A stretch of 64,000 bases of DNA from an uncultured Gemmatimonadales bacterium (GTDB taxonomy: Bacteria > Gemmatimonadota > Gemmatimonadetes > Longimicrobiales > RSA9), in NCBI GenBank assembly GCA_963708135.1, contig OY970192.1:1856001-1920000 (forward strand), in the 5' to 3' direction. The notes beneath the pieces are model-generated. The model did not search any database, was not told where the DNA came from, and saw nothing but the letters and a program-made list of their open reading frames with translations. Position numbers and translations under genes: made by a program. Below, one piece after another: positions 38,564 through 47,810 of the stretch (positions are counted from its first letter, which is position 1; the number at the start of each line of letters is the position of its first letter).

Positions 38564-40705
38564 CTACTTCTCGGCCTCCTCCGACGCGCCCTCCTCGGCG
38601 CCGCCCTCGGGCGCGGCCGCCTCGGCCTGCTCGGCGACTTGCTCGGGCTGCTCCGGCGCCTCACCGTCGGCCGTCGCTGCCTCGGGCCCCGCCGTTTCGG
38701 CGACGGCCTCTGGCGTCTCCGTCTCCGCCGCCTCGGCAGGAGCCCCTGGCTCCGTCTCCGCGACGGCCGTCGCTGCCTCGGGCTCCGCCGTTTCGGCGAC
38801 GGCCTCCGGCGCCTCGGCAACAGCCGCCGGTGCCTCCGCCTGCGCCGCCTCCGCGGTGACCTCGGCAGCGCTCTCCGGCACGGCCTCGGGGGCGCTCGAC
38901 TCCACCGTCTCGGCCCCGGCCTCCGCCTGATCCTCGGTGGGCCGAACCTCCGCGTCCGTCTCGAGCTCGGCGCCGTCGGGCGGACTGGCGCCCTCCCACT
39001 CCGGGATTGCCGTCACGGCCAGCACGATGCGCCGGTTGGCGGCATCGCACTCGAGCACGCGCAGGTCGAGCGGCTGGCCCTCGCCGAACCTGTCCGCGGG
39101 GTCGCGCAGGTTCTCCACCCCGAGCTGGCTCTTGGGCACGAAGCCCTCGAGGTCGTTGCCCAGGTCCACCACCACCCCGTCATCGAGCAGGCGCACAATG
39201 GTGCCGCGCGCCTCCACGCCCGGCGCGTACTGCTCGGCGATGCGGTACCAGGGGTCCTCCTCGGTCTGCTTGAGCCCGAGCGAGATGCGCTTGTTCTCGG
39301 GGTCGACCCCCAGGACCACGACCTCGACGTCGTCGCCCTTGCGCAGCACCTCGGAGGGGTGCTGGATCCGCTTCGTCCAGCTCATGTCCGAGATGTGGAT
39401 CAGTCCGTCGATGCCGGGCTCGATCTCAACGAACGCGCCGAAGGAGGTCAGGTTGCGGACCTTCCCCTGCACCCGCGTGCCGACCGGGTACTTGACCGGC
39501 AGCGCGAGCCACGGATCTTCCTCGATCTGCTTCATCCCGAGCGAGATCTTCTCCTCATCCCGGTCCACCTTCAGCACAACGGCCTCGATCTCGTCGCCGA
39601 TGGTGACCAGCTTCGAGGGGTGCTTCACGTTGCGCGTCCAGCTCATCTCGCTAATGTGGACGAGCCCCTCGACGCCCTTCTCCAGCTCGACGAACGCGCC
39701 GTAGTTGGTGATCGAGACCACCCGCCCGCGAACGCGCGCGCCGACCGGGTACTTGCGCTCGATGTCCTTCCAGGGATACGGCAGCAGCTGCTTCAGCCCC
39801 AGCGAGATCCGCTCCCGGTCCCAGTCGATGTCGAGCACCTTCACGTCCATGTCGTCGCCGATGCTGACGATCTCCGACGGATGCCCGACCCGCCCCCAGC
39901 TCATGTCGGTGATGTGCAGCAGCCCGTCCAGGCCGCCCAGGTCGATGAAGGCGCCGAAGTCCGTGACGTTCTTGACCACGCCCTTCCGCACCTGCCCGAC
40001 CAGCAGCTCCTTCACGAGCTGCTCCCTCTTGGTCTCGCGCTCCTGCTCCAGGATCACTCGCCGGCTCACAACGATATTGCGGCGCCGCTTGTTCAGCTTG
40101 ATGATCTTGAAGTCGAACGTCTGCCCGATCAGGTCCTCGATGTTCGGGACCCGGCGAAGCGCGATCTGCGAGCCCGGCAGGAACGCGTCCACGCCCATCA
40201 GGTCCACCGTGACCCCGCCCTTGATCTTCCGCATGAGGGTGCCCGGCACCTGCTCGTCGTCCTCGTGCGCCTGCTTGATCTTCTCCCACACGCGCAGGAA
40301 GTCCGCCTTCTTCTTGGACAGGACGACCACGCCCTCCTGGTCCTCCAGGTTCTCCAGGAAGACCTCCACCTCGTCGCCAGGCTGCAGCGCATCCGGATTC
40401 TTGAACTCGTCGCGGGAGATGGAGCCTTCGCTCTTGAAGCCGACATCCAGGATCACCGCGTTCTCCGTCACGCGCAGCACGTGCGCCTTGACGATCTCGC
40501 CTTCCTCGATGTTGGTGAGCGTCTCCTCGTACATCTCCAGCATCGCCTCGAACTCCTCGGGCGAGTACTCGTCCTCCTCGAAGACGTCCATCTGCGCCAT
40601 CTCGCGACGCGTGGGACGCTCCTCCGTGGCCACGCCGCCGTCCGCCGGCGCCGTCGGCTGCTCGTCGACCTGAATCTCGTCGGGCTGAATTGGCTGATCC
40701 GCCAT
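38564..40705 (-). CDS. rpsA: 30S ribosomal protein S1 with a long acidic C-terminal tail
   Basis: S1 repeats (AFLPGSQI, DGLLHITDMSW, EGLVHISEMSW, DGLIHISDMSW); E/A/P-rich tail. Confidence 0.97.
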   Translation of the reverse strand: MADQPIQPDEIQVDEQPTAPADGGVATEERPTRREMAQMDVFEEDEYSPEEFEAMLEMYEETLTNIEEGEIVKAHVLRVTENAVILDVGFKSEGSISRDEFKNPDALQPGDEVEVFLENLEDQEGVVVLSKKKADFLRVWEKIKQAHEDDEQVPGTLMRKIKGGVTVDLMGVDAFLPGSQIALRRVPNIEDLIGQTFDFKIIKLNKRRRNIVVSRRVILEQERETKREQLVKELLVGQVRKGVVKNVTDFGAFIDLGGLDGLLHITDMSWGRVGHPSEIVSIGDDMDVKVLDIDWDRERISLGLKQLLPYPWKDIERKYPVGARVRGRVVSITNYGAFVELEKGVEGLVHISEMSWTRNVKHPSKLVTIGDEIEAVVLKVDRDEEKISLGMKQIEEDPWLALPVKYPVGTRVQGKVRNLTSFGAFVEIEPGIDGLIHISDMSWTKRIQHPSEVLRKGDDVEVVVLGVDPENKRISLGLKQTEEDPWYRIAEQYAPGVEARGTIVRLLDDGVVVDLGNDLEGFVPKSQLGVENLRDPADRFGEGQPLDLRVLECDAANRRIVLAVTAIPEWEGASPPDGAELETDAEVRPTEDQAEAGAETVESSAPEAVPESAAEVTAEAAQAEAPAAVAEAPEAVAETAEPEAATAVAETEPGAPAEAAETETPEAVAETAGPEAATADGEAPEQPEQVAEQAEAAAPEGGAEEGASEEAEK
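38668..38811. repeat. Near-identical ~48-bp direct repeat, 96 bp apart, in the rpsA tail
   Basis: cggccgtcgctgcctcgggc(c/t)ccgccgtttcggcgacggcctc(t/c)ggcg at 38668 and 38764 (PEAVAETA[E/G]PEAATA). Confidence 0.85.
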
Positions 40706-40858
40706 GGGCTGGTGTGCCTCCACTCGCGCGTTCGGGCCCGGGGGGTCCCGCCGCGGAAAAGGGAAAGTGAACGAAAGGGGCGCCGCGCGCCCCCTGTCGG
40801 TGGAGCCCTGCACCCGGGCAGAGCCAGACCAAAAAGTTACTCGGGGCGTGCGGGAGCG

Positions 40859-41575
40859 TCAAGCCCCGGCCGGCCCGCCGGAGGGGCCCGCGGCGCCGGG
40901 CGCGGCGCCCGCCCCGCGCGCGTGTGCCAGCTCGACGACGCGCTCGACCTGCGCCTCGAAATCGAGGCCCGTGGTGTCGAGGCTCACCGCGTCGGAGGCG
41001 CGCCGCAGGGGTGCGAGGGCCCGCTCCGAGTCGATCCGGTCCCGGGCGAGGAGCCGCGCGGCCTCCGCATCGACGTCGGCGGACGTGGGCTCCGGCGTTC
41101 CTTGCTCCGCCAGGCGGCGTCGGGCGCGGACCGCGGGGTCGGCGACGAGGAAGACCTTGAGCTCGGCATCGGGAAAGACCACCGTCCCCATGTCGCGACC
41201 GTCCGTGACCAGGTCGGTGCCGCGGGCGGCCTCCCTGAGCCGTCCGAGCAGCCACCCGCGCACGGCGGGCACACGGGCCATGTGGGAGACGTGCGCGTTG
41301 ACCTCCGGCGCGCGGATGCGGGCGGTGACGTCGTCGCCGGCGGCGAAAAAACGGTAGCCCTCGCCGGCGGGCTCGGCACGCACCCCCAGCGCATCGAGCT
41401 CCGCCTCCGTGAGCGCGGGCCAGCGCTCCGGCGGCACCCCGACGCGCAGCGCCGCGTGTGTGAGGGCACGGTAGAACGCCCCGGAATCGAGGTGACGGAA
41501 GCCGAGTCGGCGGGCCACGGCACGCGCCGTGGAGCTCTTTCCAGAGCCGGCCGGGCCATCCAGCGTGATGATCAC
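40859..41575 (-). CDS. cmk: Cytidylate kinase
   Basis: ITLDGPAGSGKSS, LDSGAFYRA, DGRDMGTVVFPDA. Confidence 0.96.
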   Translation of the reverse strand: MIITLDGPAGSGKSSTARAVARRLGFRHLDSGAFYRALTHAALRVGVPPERWPALTEAELDALGVRAEPAGEGYRFFAAGDDVTARIRAPEVNAHVSHMARVPAVRGWLLGRLREAARGTDLVTDGRDMGTVVFPDAELKVFLVADPAVRARRRLAEQGTPEPTSADVDAEAARLLARDRIDSERALAPLRRASDAVSLDTTGLDFEAQVERVVELAHARGAGAAPGAAGPSGGPAGA

Positions 41576-42876
41576 CTCGCCCCCAGCGCCCGGCGCGCGG
41601 TGTCGAGCGCCGCCCAGAACCCGGGAAAGCTGACGCCCACCACGTCGCGGTCGTCGATCTCGATGGCGTTCCCCGGCAGGGCGGCGAGCACGCCGAAGGC
41701 CATGGCGATGCGGTGGTCACCGTGCGTGGCGACCCGGCCGCGGAGTGGCTGCTGCCCGCCGACCACCACGAGCCCGTCCGGCAGCTCATCCGCCTTCGTG
41801 CCGAGGGCGCGCAGGTTGGCCGCCAGCGCGGTCAGCCGATCCGATTCCTTGACCCGCAGCTCGCCGGCCCCGGTGATCCGCGTCTCGCCCTCGGCCCGAG
41901 CCGCGAGGATGGCCAGGATCGGCACCTCGTCGATGAGGGCCGGGATCTCGGGCGGCAGGACCTCCGTGCCCCGGAGCGGCGCCGGAGCGGCCAGCAGGTC
42001 GGCCACCGGCTCGTCCGCCTCGAGGCGCTCCTCCGTCCGCTCGATCGCCATCCCCATGCGGCGCAGGACGGACAGGAGCCCGGTGCGCGCCGGGTTGACT
42101 CCGACACCCGGGAGACGGAGCGTCCCGGCTGGCGCCAGCGCCGCCAGCGCCAGGAAGAACGCCGCCGAGGAGAAGTCACCGGGGACGCGCAGATCGAGCG
42201 GCTCGAGCCGGGCCGGGGGCTCGAGTCGAGCGTATGGACGCGCTTCCTCATCGAGGCCGCTCTCCACCACGACGCCCATTGCGCGCAGCATGCGCTCCGT
42301 ATGGTCGCGCGAGAGCGTCGGCTCCCGCGTGCGCACCGCGACCCCCCCGCTCAGGCCCGCGAGGAGCAGGGCGCTCTTGACCTGGGCGCTGGCACGCGGG
42401 CTCGCGTAGTCGATCGGCCGGAGCCCCCCGCCGCCCACCTCCACCGGCAGCCGGTCCGGCGCGCCGAGCTCGCGGAAGACGGCGCCCATCGCCTCGAGCG
42501 GCTCCGTCACGCGGCGCATCGGGCGCCCGCGCAGTGACGCATCGCCGGTCAGCGTCGCCGCGAACGGGTGGCCGGCCAGGGTCCCGAGCAGCAGGCGCGC
42601 GGTGGTGCCGCTGTTTCCGCAGTCGATCGGCACCGGCGGCGGCGTGAGCCCCCGCACACCGCGCCCCGACACGATGATCTCCGCCCCGTCCGGCGGCAGC
42701 GCGGGCACGGCGCAGCCGAGCGCCCGCAGCGCCGCCGCCGTGGAGCGCGGGTCTTCCGCCGGGAGCAGCCCGCGCAGCCGGCTGCGGCCGTCCGCCAGGG
42801 CGGCCAGCAGCAGGGCCCGGTGCGTGACCGACTTGTCACCCGGAACCCTGACCTCCGCCGCGGCGCGCTCAGGCAT
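41572..42876 (-). CDS. aroA: EPSP synthase
   Basis: PGDKSVTHRA, GNSGTT, SAQVKSA, RDHTERML, RVKESDR, DHRIAM. Confidence 0.97.
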   Translation of the reverse strand: MPERAAAEVRVPGDKSVTHRALLLAALADGRSRLRGLLPAEDPRSTAAALRALGCAVPALPPDGAEIIVSGRGVRGLTPPPVPIDCGNSGTTARLLLGTLAGHPFAATLTGDASLRGRPMRRVTEPLEAMGAVFRELGAPDRLPVEVGGGGLRPIDYASPRASAQVKSALLLAGLSGGVAVRTREPTLSRDHTERMLRAMGVVVESGLDEEARPYARLEPPARLEPLDLRVPGDFSSAAFFLALAALAPAGTLRLPGVGVNPARTGLLSVLRRMGMAIERTEERLEADEPVADLLAAPAPLRGTEVLPPEIPALIDEVPILAILAARAEGETRITGAGELRVKESDRLTALAANLRALGTKADELPDGLVVVGGQQPLRGRVATHGDHRIAMAFGVLAALPGNAIEIDDRDVVGVSFPGFWAALDTARRALGAR

Positions 42877-43789
42877 CTTCGGGCGGGTATGGGACCTCGA
42901 TCTCGAGACCGTCCCACGCGACCACCGAGCGGCCGAACACCTCGCGTGCCTCCCGCTCGAGCGCCCTTGGATCCTCGGCGTAGCGGGATGAGATGTGCGT
43001 CAGAACGAGCCGGGCCACGCCGGCCCTGCGCGCGATGTCGGCGGCCTCGCGTGCGGTCGAGTGTCCGGTGCCCCGCGCGCGCTCCGCCTCCTCCTCGGCG
43101 AACGTGGCGTCGTGGATCAGCAGGTCGGCGCCGCGCGCGGCATCCACGGTGTCGCGGCAGGGGCGGGTGTCGCCGGTGTAGACGATCCGCCGCCCCGGGC
43201 GCGGCGCTCCCACCACCTCGGCCGGCGTGACGATGCGGCCATCCACCTCGACCGCTTCGCCCCGGTGCAGTCGCCCGAACGCCGGCCCCTCCGGCACGCC
43301 CAGCTCGCGGGCGCGATCCGGGTTGAAGCGGCCCAGCCTCTCCGCCTCGACCAGTGCGTAGCCGACCGCGCGCGTCCCGTGCTGGGCGCGCCAGGCGAGG
43401 ATCTGGTAGCCGTCGCGCGTCACACGCTCGCCCGGCTGCAGCTCGCGAATCTCGATCTCGAACGGGACCCGGTCCACCCCGAGGTGCACGGCCTCGCGGA
43501 GCACGGGGCCCGCGCCCTCCGGCCCCCAAAGCCGCATCGGCTCCGTCCGCCCCTGGAGCCCGAGCGTGCGTAGCAGCCCGATCACGCCGAGGAAGTGGTC
43601 CGCGTGCATGTGCGTGAAGAAGATGTCGGCGAGGTTGAACCCGGAGCCATAGCGCATCATCTGCCGCTGGGTGCCCTCGCCGCAGTCGAACATGAGCGTC
43701 TCGCCCTCGCGGTGCAGGACCAGCGCGCTGACGTTCCGTCCGACCGTCGGGCGGCTCGCGGCCGTGCCCAGGAAGGTGATCCGGATCAC
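42869..43789 (-). CDS. rnz: Ribonuclease Z
   Basis: FLGT, DCGEGTQRQ, THMHADH, GDT, HST, LTHISSRY. Confidence 0.95.
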   Translation of the reverse strand: MIRITFLGTAASRPTVGRNVSALVLHREGETLMFDCGEGTQRQMMRYGSGFNLADIFFTHMHADHFLGVIGLLRTLGLQGRTEPMRLWGPEGAGPVLREAVHLGVDRVPFEIEIRELQPGERVTRDGYQILAWRAQHGTRAVGYALVEAERLGRFNPDRARELGVPEGPAFGRLHRGEAVEVDGRIVTPAEVVGAPRPGRRIVYTGDTRPCRDTVDAARGADLLIHDATFAEEEAERARGTGHSTAREAADIARRAGVARLVLTHISSRYAEDPRALEREAREVFGRSVVAWDGLEIEVPYPPEDA

Positions 43790-43790
43790 C

Positions 43791-44123
43791 TCACCCCCTC
43801 CGCCGCCAGGCGTGGAGGAGCCACAGCGGTGCGCACGCGGCGTAGATCACCGCCGCGCGGTGCGTGAAGGATGGGCCGATGAGCAGCACGCCCCACCCGA
43901 GCACCCGCACGACCGCGCCCCATTGCCGCCTCCGCGCTCTCGACCGCCACTGCCGCGCCTCCGCCATTCCGGTGAGATCCCCGCGCTTCGCCCGCGTCTC
44001 CTCCGCGTCTCCGGCCACGAAGCGCTCCGCCCCCGCGCGCAGCAGCCGGTACAGCGCCCGGGCGAAGAGCCACAGCAACGCTGCCAGCCCCAACGCGCCG
44101 AGGAGGAGGATGAGCGAGCGCAT
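43791..44123 (-). CDS. Small membrane protein, unknown function
   Basis: Hydrophobic segments; stop abuts the rnz start; TTGCCG-N18-TAGCTT promoter 5 nt before the ATG. Confidence 0.65.
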   Translation of the reverse strand: MRSLILLLGALGLAALLWLFARALYRLLRAGAERFVAGDAEETRAKRGDLTGMAEARQWRSRARRRQWGAVVRVLGWGVLLIGPSFTHRAAVIYAACAPLWLLHAWRRRG

Positions 44124-44244
44124 CCGTGAAGCTACCCCGCCGCGCGCGGCCGCGGCAACACGCCCGCGGCCACTCCTGCGACCCCCGGCGCGCCCCGCCT
44201 GAACATACAGGCGCCGCCGCGGCGAGCCGCGGCGGCGCCTGCGA

Positions 44245-44327
44245 TGCCGGGGGTGGGATTCGAACCCACAAGGCCTCTCGGCCAGCCGGGTTTAAGCCGG
44301 CCGCGTATACCGTTTCGCCACCCCGGC
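44245..44327 (-). tRNA. tRNA-Leu (TAA)
   Basis: GCCGGGG acceptor stem, anticodon loop CTTAAAC, long variable arm, GGTTCGAATCCC; CCA not encoded. Confidence 0.95.
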
Positions 44328-44337
44328 GGAGCGGGCG

Positions 44338-44366
44338 AATCTACAACCGCGCGGGACCCGTCTCAA
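44338..44366 (-). promoter_or_regulatory. Sigma70-type promoter of tRNA-Leu
   Basis: TTGAGA-N17-TAGATT ending 10 nt upstream of the tRNA. Confidence 0.6.
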
Positions 44367-45031
44367 TCCCCGCCAGCCGCGGCGGCGCGCAGCGCGGCGA
44401 GGTTCTCGGCTACAGCGCCGTCGCCGAAGATGGCGGCGCCGGCCACGAGCACGTTGGCGCCGGCGGCCGCGACCTCGGGCGCCGTGGCGGGGGAGATGCC
44501 GCCGTCCACCTCGAGCGCGATCCCCGTGAGGCCGCGCTCCTCGAGCATGCGCCGCAGCCGGGCGATCTTGACGGTGCTGGTCGGAATGTAGCGCTGGCCG
44601 CCGAACCCGGGGTTCACGCTCATGACGAGCACGAGGTCGATGTAGGGGAGGATCTCGTCCAGGGTGGCAAGCGGCGTGGCGGGATTCACGGCCACGCCCG
44701 GACGCACCCCGAGCTCCCGGATCGCCTCCACCGTCCGGTGCAGGTGGACGCACGCCTCCTGGTGCACCGTCAGCCGATCGGCCCCGGCCGCCACGAACGC
44801 CTCGGCGTAACGCTCCGGGTGCTCGATCATGAGGTGGACGTCCAGGGGCAGCTCCGTCACCCGCCGCACGGCGGCGATGACCGCGGGTCCGAGCGTGAGG
44901 TTCGGCACGAAGTGGCCATCCATGACGTCCACGTGAATCCAGTCCGCGCCCGCGGAGGCGGCCGCGTCGATCGCCTCGGCCAGCCGCGCGAAGTCCGCCG
45001 ACAGGATCGACGGCGCGATGCGCACGCTCAC
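44363..45031 (-). CDS. rpe: Ribulose-phosphate 3-epimerase
   Basis: APSILSADF, HVDVMDGHFVPN, MSVNPGFGGQ, VDGG. Confidence 0.97.
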   Translation of the reverse strand: MSVRIAPSILSADFARLAEAIDAAASAGADWIHVDVMDGHFVPNLTLGPAVIAAVRRVTELPLDVHLMIEHPERYAEAFVAAGADRLTVHQEACVHLHRTVEAIRELGVRPGVAVNPATPLATLDEILPYIDLVLVMSVNPGFGGQRYIPTSTVKIARLRRMLEERGLTGIALEVDGGISPATAPEVAAAGANVLVAGAAIFGDGAVAENLAALRAAAAGGD

Positions 45032-45735
45032 GTGGCCGCGCCCTCCGCGCTGAGGACGCGCGTGCCGCCAGGCCCGCCCACCACCACGACGTCCGCAAGG
45101 CTCAGGAACAGGCCGGACTCCACGACCCCGGCGTGTTGCCGCAGCTCCCGCTGGAGCCGCACGGGCTCCGTGATGCCGGCCTCGAATCGGCAGTCGAACA
45201 TGTAGTGCCCGCCGTCGGTTACGAACGGGCTGCCGTTCGGGCTCATCCGCAGCGTTGGCTGCGCGCCGAGATGGTCCAGGAAGGAGAGGTGGGTGTTCCA
45301 GCCGAACGGGACGACTTCCACCGGAAGCGGCGCCCGCTCCCCGAGCCGCTGGACCAGCTTGCCCTCATCGGCCACGATCAGCAGCCGCTCCGACGCGCAC
45401 GCCACGATCTTCTCCCACAGGAGCGCGCCCCCGAGCCCCTTGATCAGGTTCAGCTGCGGGTCGATCTCGTCCGCGCCATCCAGCGTCAGGTCGATGCGCG
45501 GCTCCTGCTCCAGCGTGGCGAGCCGCAACCCCAGCTCCCGCGCGTACCACTCCGTGGCACGCGACGTCGTGACGCCCACCACGCGCCGCAGCGCGCCCCC
45601 CTGCCGGCGCTCCGAGAGCACGTCCATCACGTGCCGCGCGGTCGAGCCCGTGCCGAGGCCCAGCACCATCCCGTCCTCGACGAAGTCCACCGCGCGTTCC
45701 GCGGCAGCGCGCTTCAGCCGCTCGATCTCGTTCAA
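45028..45735 (-). CDS. rpiA: Ribose-5-phosphate isomerase A
   Basis: GLGTGST, DGADE, IKGLGGAL..EK, GVVESGLF. Confidence 0.96.
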   Translation of the reverse strand: MNEIERLKRAAAERAVDFVEDGMVLGLGTGSTARHVMDVLSERRQGGALRRVVGVTTSRATEWYARELGLRLATLEQEPRIDLTLDGADEIDPQLNLIKGLGGALLWEKIVACASERLLIVADEGKLVQRLGERAPLPVEVVPFGWNTHLSFLDHLGAQPTLRMSPNGSPFVTDGGHYMFDCRFEAGITEPVRLQRELRQHAGVVESGLFLSLADVVVVGGPGGTRVLSAEGAAT

Positions 45736-45873
45736 GCCGGGAACCGCCGCAGCAGGTCCGTCATCTCGGCGGCTCCGTTCACGATTTTCCCGTCCATGTC
45801 GGCAGAAATCCGGCTCCGAGTGGGTGCTCCGGCTGCGTCGTCCGGCAATCTACGCACGTCAATTCACGCATGC

Positions 45874-45906
45874 AAAAAAAGGACGCCCGGCCGAGGCCGG
45901 GCGTCC
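45874..45906 (-). terminator. Rho-independent terminator
   Basis: GGACGCCCGGC...GCCGGGCGTCC stem followed by T7 on the minus strand, just after the 45932 stop. Confidence 0.85.
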
Positions 45907-45931
45907 CGTGCTTCCCTGCGATGCGCTCCGC

Positions 45932-47323
45932 TCAGTCGCCGCGGACCTTGCGCACCTGCTCCTGCAACTGCACCGGCTGGAACACGCAGCCCGTGGGCTG
46001 CAGCGGCGTGTACAGAACCTTCATGTTGTTCAGGTCCATCCGGACCTTGCGGTTGGTGTCCACAACCGTCGTGAGCTCACCGGGCGTCGTGGTGTTCAGG
46101 TCCGTCATGAGCTGCGCCGCCTGGTCCTTGTCGGCGTAGACCGGCATGCCGTTCACCGTGCCGACGAAGGTGAGGTCGGTCGGCTCGATCATGCGCGAGC
46201 TGCCGAAGCTGACGTACTTGACCTGCCGCGTCTGCCCGATCACCAGCGGCTGGCCCTGGATGTACCAGGTCGCGTTCGACGCCACCGGCACCGTGCCCAC
46301 CGCCTGGCTGATCGCCACTTCCTGCCCGTTCACCGTCACCGTCGTGTCGCCCGTCGACGGCGTGAACGTCGCCGTCATCGTGCGCAGCCCGTTCGGCGCG
46401 GTCACATCCACCGTGCACACGCTCACCGTCTGCGTCTCCGGAGCCGGCGCGGGGGCCGGAGCCGGGGCCGGCGGCGGCGGCGGAGCCGGCGCGGGCGCGA
46501 TCGCCACGACCGGCGCTGAGGCCAGGCCCATGAGCAGGTGCAGCCCGACCTGTACGTACGGCTCGTTCACCGTGTGCCCGACCTTCGTGTCACTGTTCGT
46601 GGCCGTCACCAGCGTCGGGTACGCCGTCGGCGAGACCGCGATCATCGGCGCCTTCCAGATCCGGTCGCCGACCTCGGTGCGGATGGCGAAGTGCGGCGCC
46701 ACGCGCCAGTCGGCGCCCAGCCCGACCAGCCCCATCAGCACGTGCTCTTCGCTCAGGAAGTAGCTCTGCACGCCCGGCACCGTCAGGATGTTCGTGCCCT
46801 CCGGCGGCCCGTTGCAGATCCCCGTGTTCGGAGCGCACGCGAACGGAACGCCGTTCCACTGCTCGTTCGCGGTCGGGTCGTTCACGGAGTAGCTGTCCCA
46901 TGCCGGATTCGTCCACTTGTCGCCCAGACCCAGGGCCAGGTACGGAAGCAGCTCGAACCCGGGGAAGGTCGGCGCCGGCTTCTTGAACCGGAACATCAGG
47001 TCCCCGGTGCCGCTCCACAGGTTGTTGTCATGGAAGACGTCCACGTCCCCCGACTGCAGCTTCGTATCCGTGTACGTCATGTTCGCCCGCAGCCCGATCG
47101 ACGGCGTGAACCAGAAGCCCAGCTGGGCTCCTGTCAGCCAGTTCGGGTGGAACTTGACACCCGGGCCGTCCGTCGCTCCGAAGTCCTCCGGCTTGATCGA
47201 CTTCGTGTACCACGAGTAGCCGCCGTTCACACCCAGATCGAACCGCCAGCTCTGCGCCTGCAGCGGCCCGGCAGCCGCCGCCGTGGCCAACGCGGCAAAC
47301 GCGACCAGCTTTCTTCCGCTCAT
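45932..47323 (-). CDS. Outer-membrane protein: OmpA-like beta-barrel, Pro-rich linker and an unrecognised C-terminal domain
   Basis: Signal peptide ending LQA-Q; barrel strands (LPYLALGLG, VGLGADW, IRTEVGD); PAPAPPPPPAPAP linker; C-domain bracketed by two Cys. Confidence 0.75.
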   Translation of the reverse strand: MSGRKLVAFAALATAAAAGPLQAQSWRFDLGVNGGYSWYTKSIKPEDFGATDGPGVKFHPNWLTGAQLGFWFTPSIGLRANMTYTDTKLQSGDVDVFHDNNLWSGTGDLMFRFKKPAPTFPGFELLPYLALGLGDKWTNPAWDSYSVNDPTANEQWNGVPFACAPNTGICNGPPEGTNILTVPGVQSYFLSEEHVLMGLVGLGADWRVAPHFAIRTEVGDRIWKAPMIAVSPTAYPTLVTATNSDTKVGHTVNEPYVQVGLHLLMGLASAPVVAIAPAPAPPPPPAPAPAPAPAPETQTVSVCTVDVTAPNGLRTMTATFTPSTGDTTVTVNGQEVAISQAVGTVPVASNATWYIQGQPLVIGQTRQVKYVSFGSSRMIEPTDLTFVGTVNGMPVYADKDQAAQLMTDLNTTTPGELTTVVDTNRKVRMDLNNMKVLYTPLQPTGCVFQPVQLQEQVRKVRGD

Positions 47324-47524
47324 ACCCTCATCTCCTCGTTCTAACACTGGTTGAGACTCCACTCCGAGCCGCCGTCGCCGGCCGTCATTGGCCGCCGGGC
47401 GGGGCGAACGCCCTTGCAGAATCCAGACCAGAGTCGAGTCGCTGCACGGGACCACAACAGATCCCCGCCTCGACCCCGGGAGAAACCACCCGGTCGGAGC
47501 CCGTGCGGGTTCCGCGGCCACGAA

Positions 47525-47541
47525 CGCAATTGCTGTTCCAA
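47525..47541 (-). promoter_or_regulatory. Putative sigma54 (-24/-12) promoter
   Basis: TTGGAACAGCAATTGCG = TGG-N10-GC with TTGC at -12, about 200 bp upstream of the ATG at 47323. Confidence 0.65.
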
Positions 47542-47810
47542 GTTTCGCGAAATCCGCCCCTCCCGGGGACCTGCGGCGCGGTGCGACCCGGGATTGGTAC
47601 GGACGAGATCCAGGACGGCCACCGGCCCACGACCGCAACCGCCGCGGCCACAATGACTTCCGAATCTCCGACCGGGTGCGGACCGGCCCCGCCGGACCGG
47701 CGCGGGAGACGCCGGACGCACGAACGCCGCGGGAACCCTCGTCCGCGGCGTTTTTGCATCTTCTTGTCGCTCCGGCCGGTCGGCTCCCGCCCCACCCGAC
47801 CCCGCCGGAG

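Noticed and set aside
38600..38900. Repeats that might be a CRISPR array or VNTR
   Set aside because: Only two copies, in frame within the rpsA tail; no spacer pattern and no cas genes.
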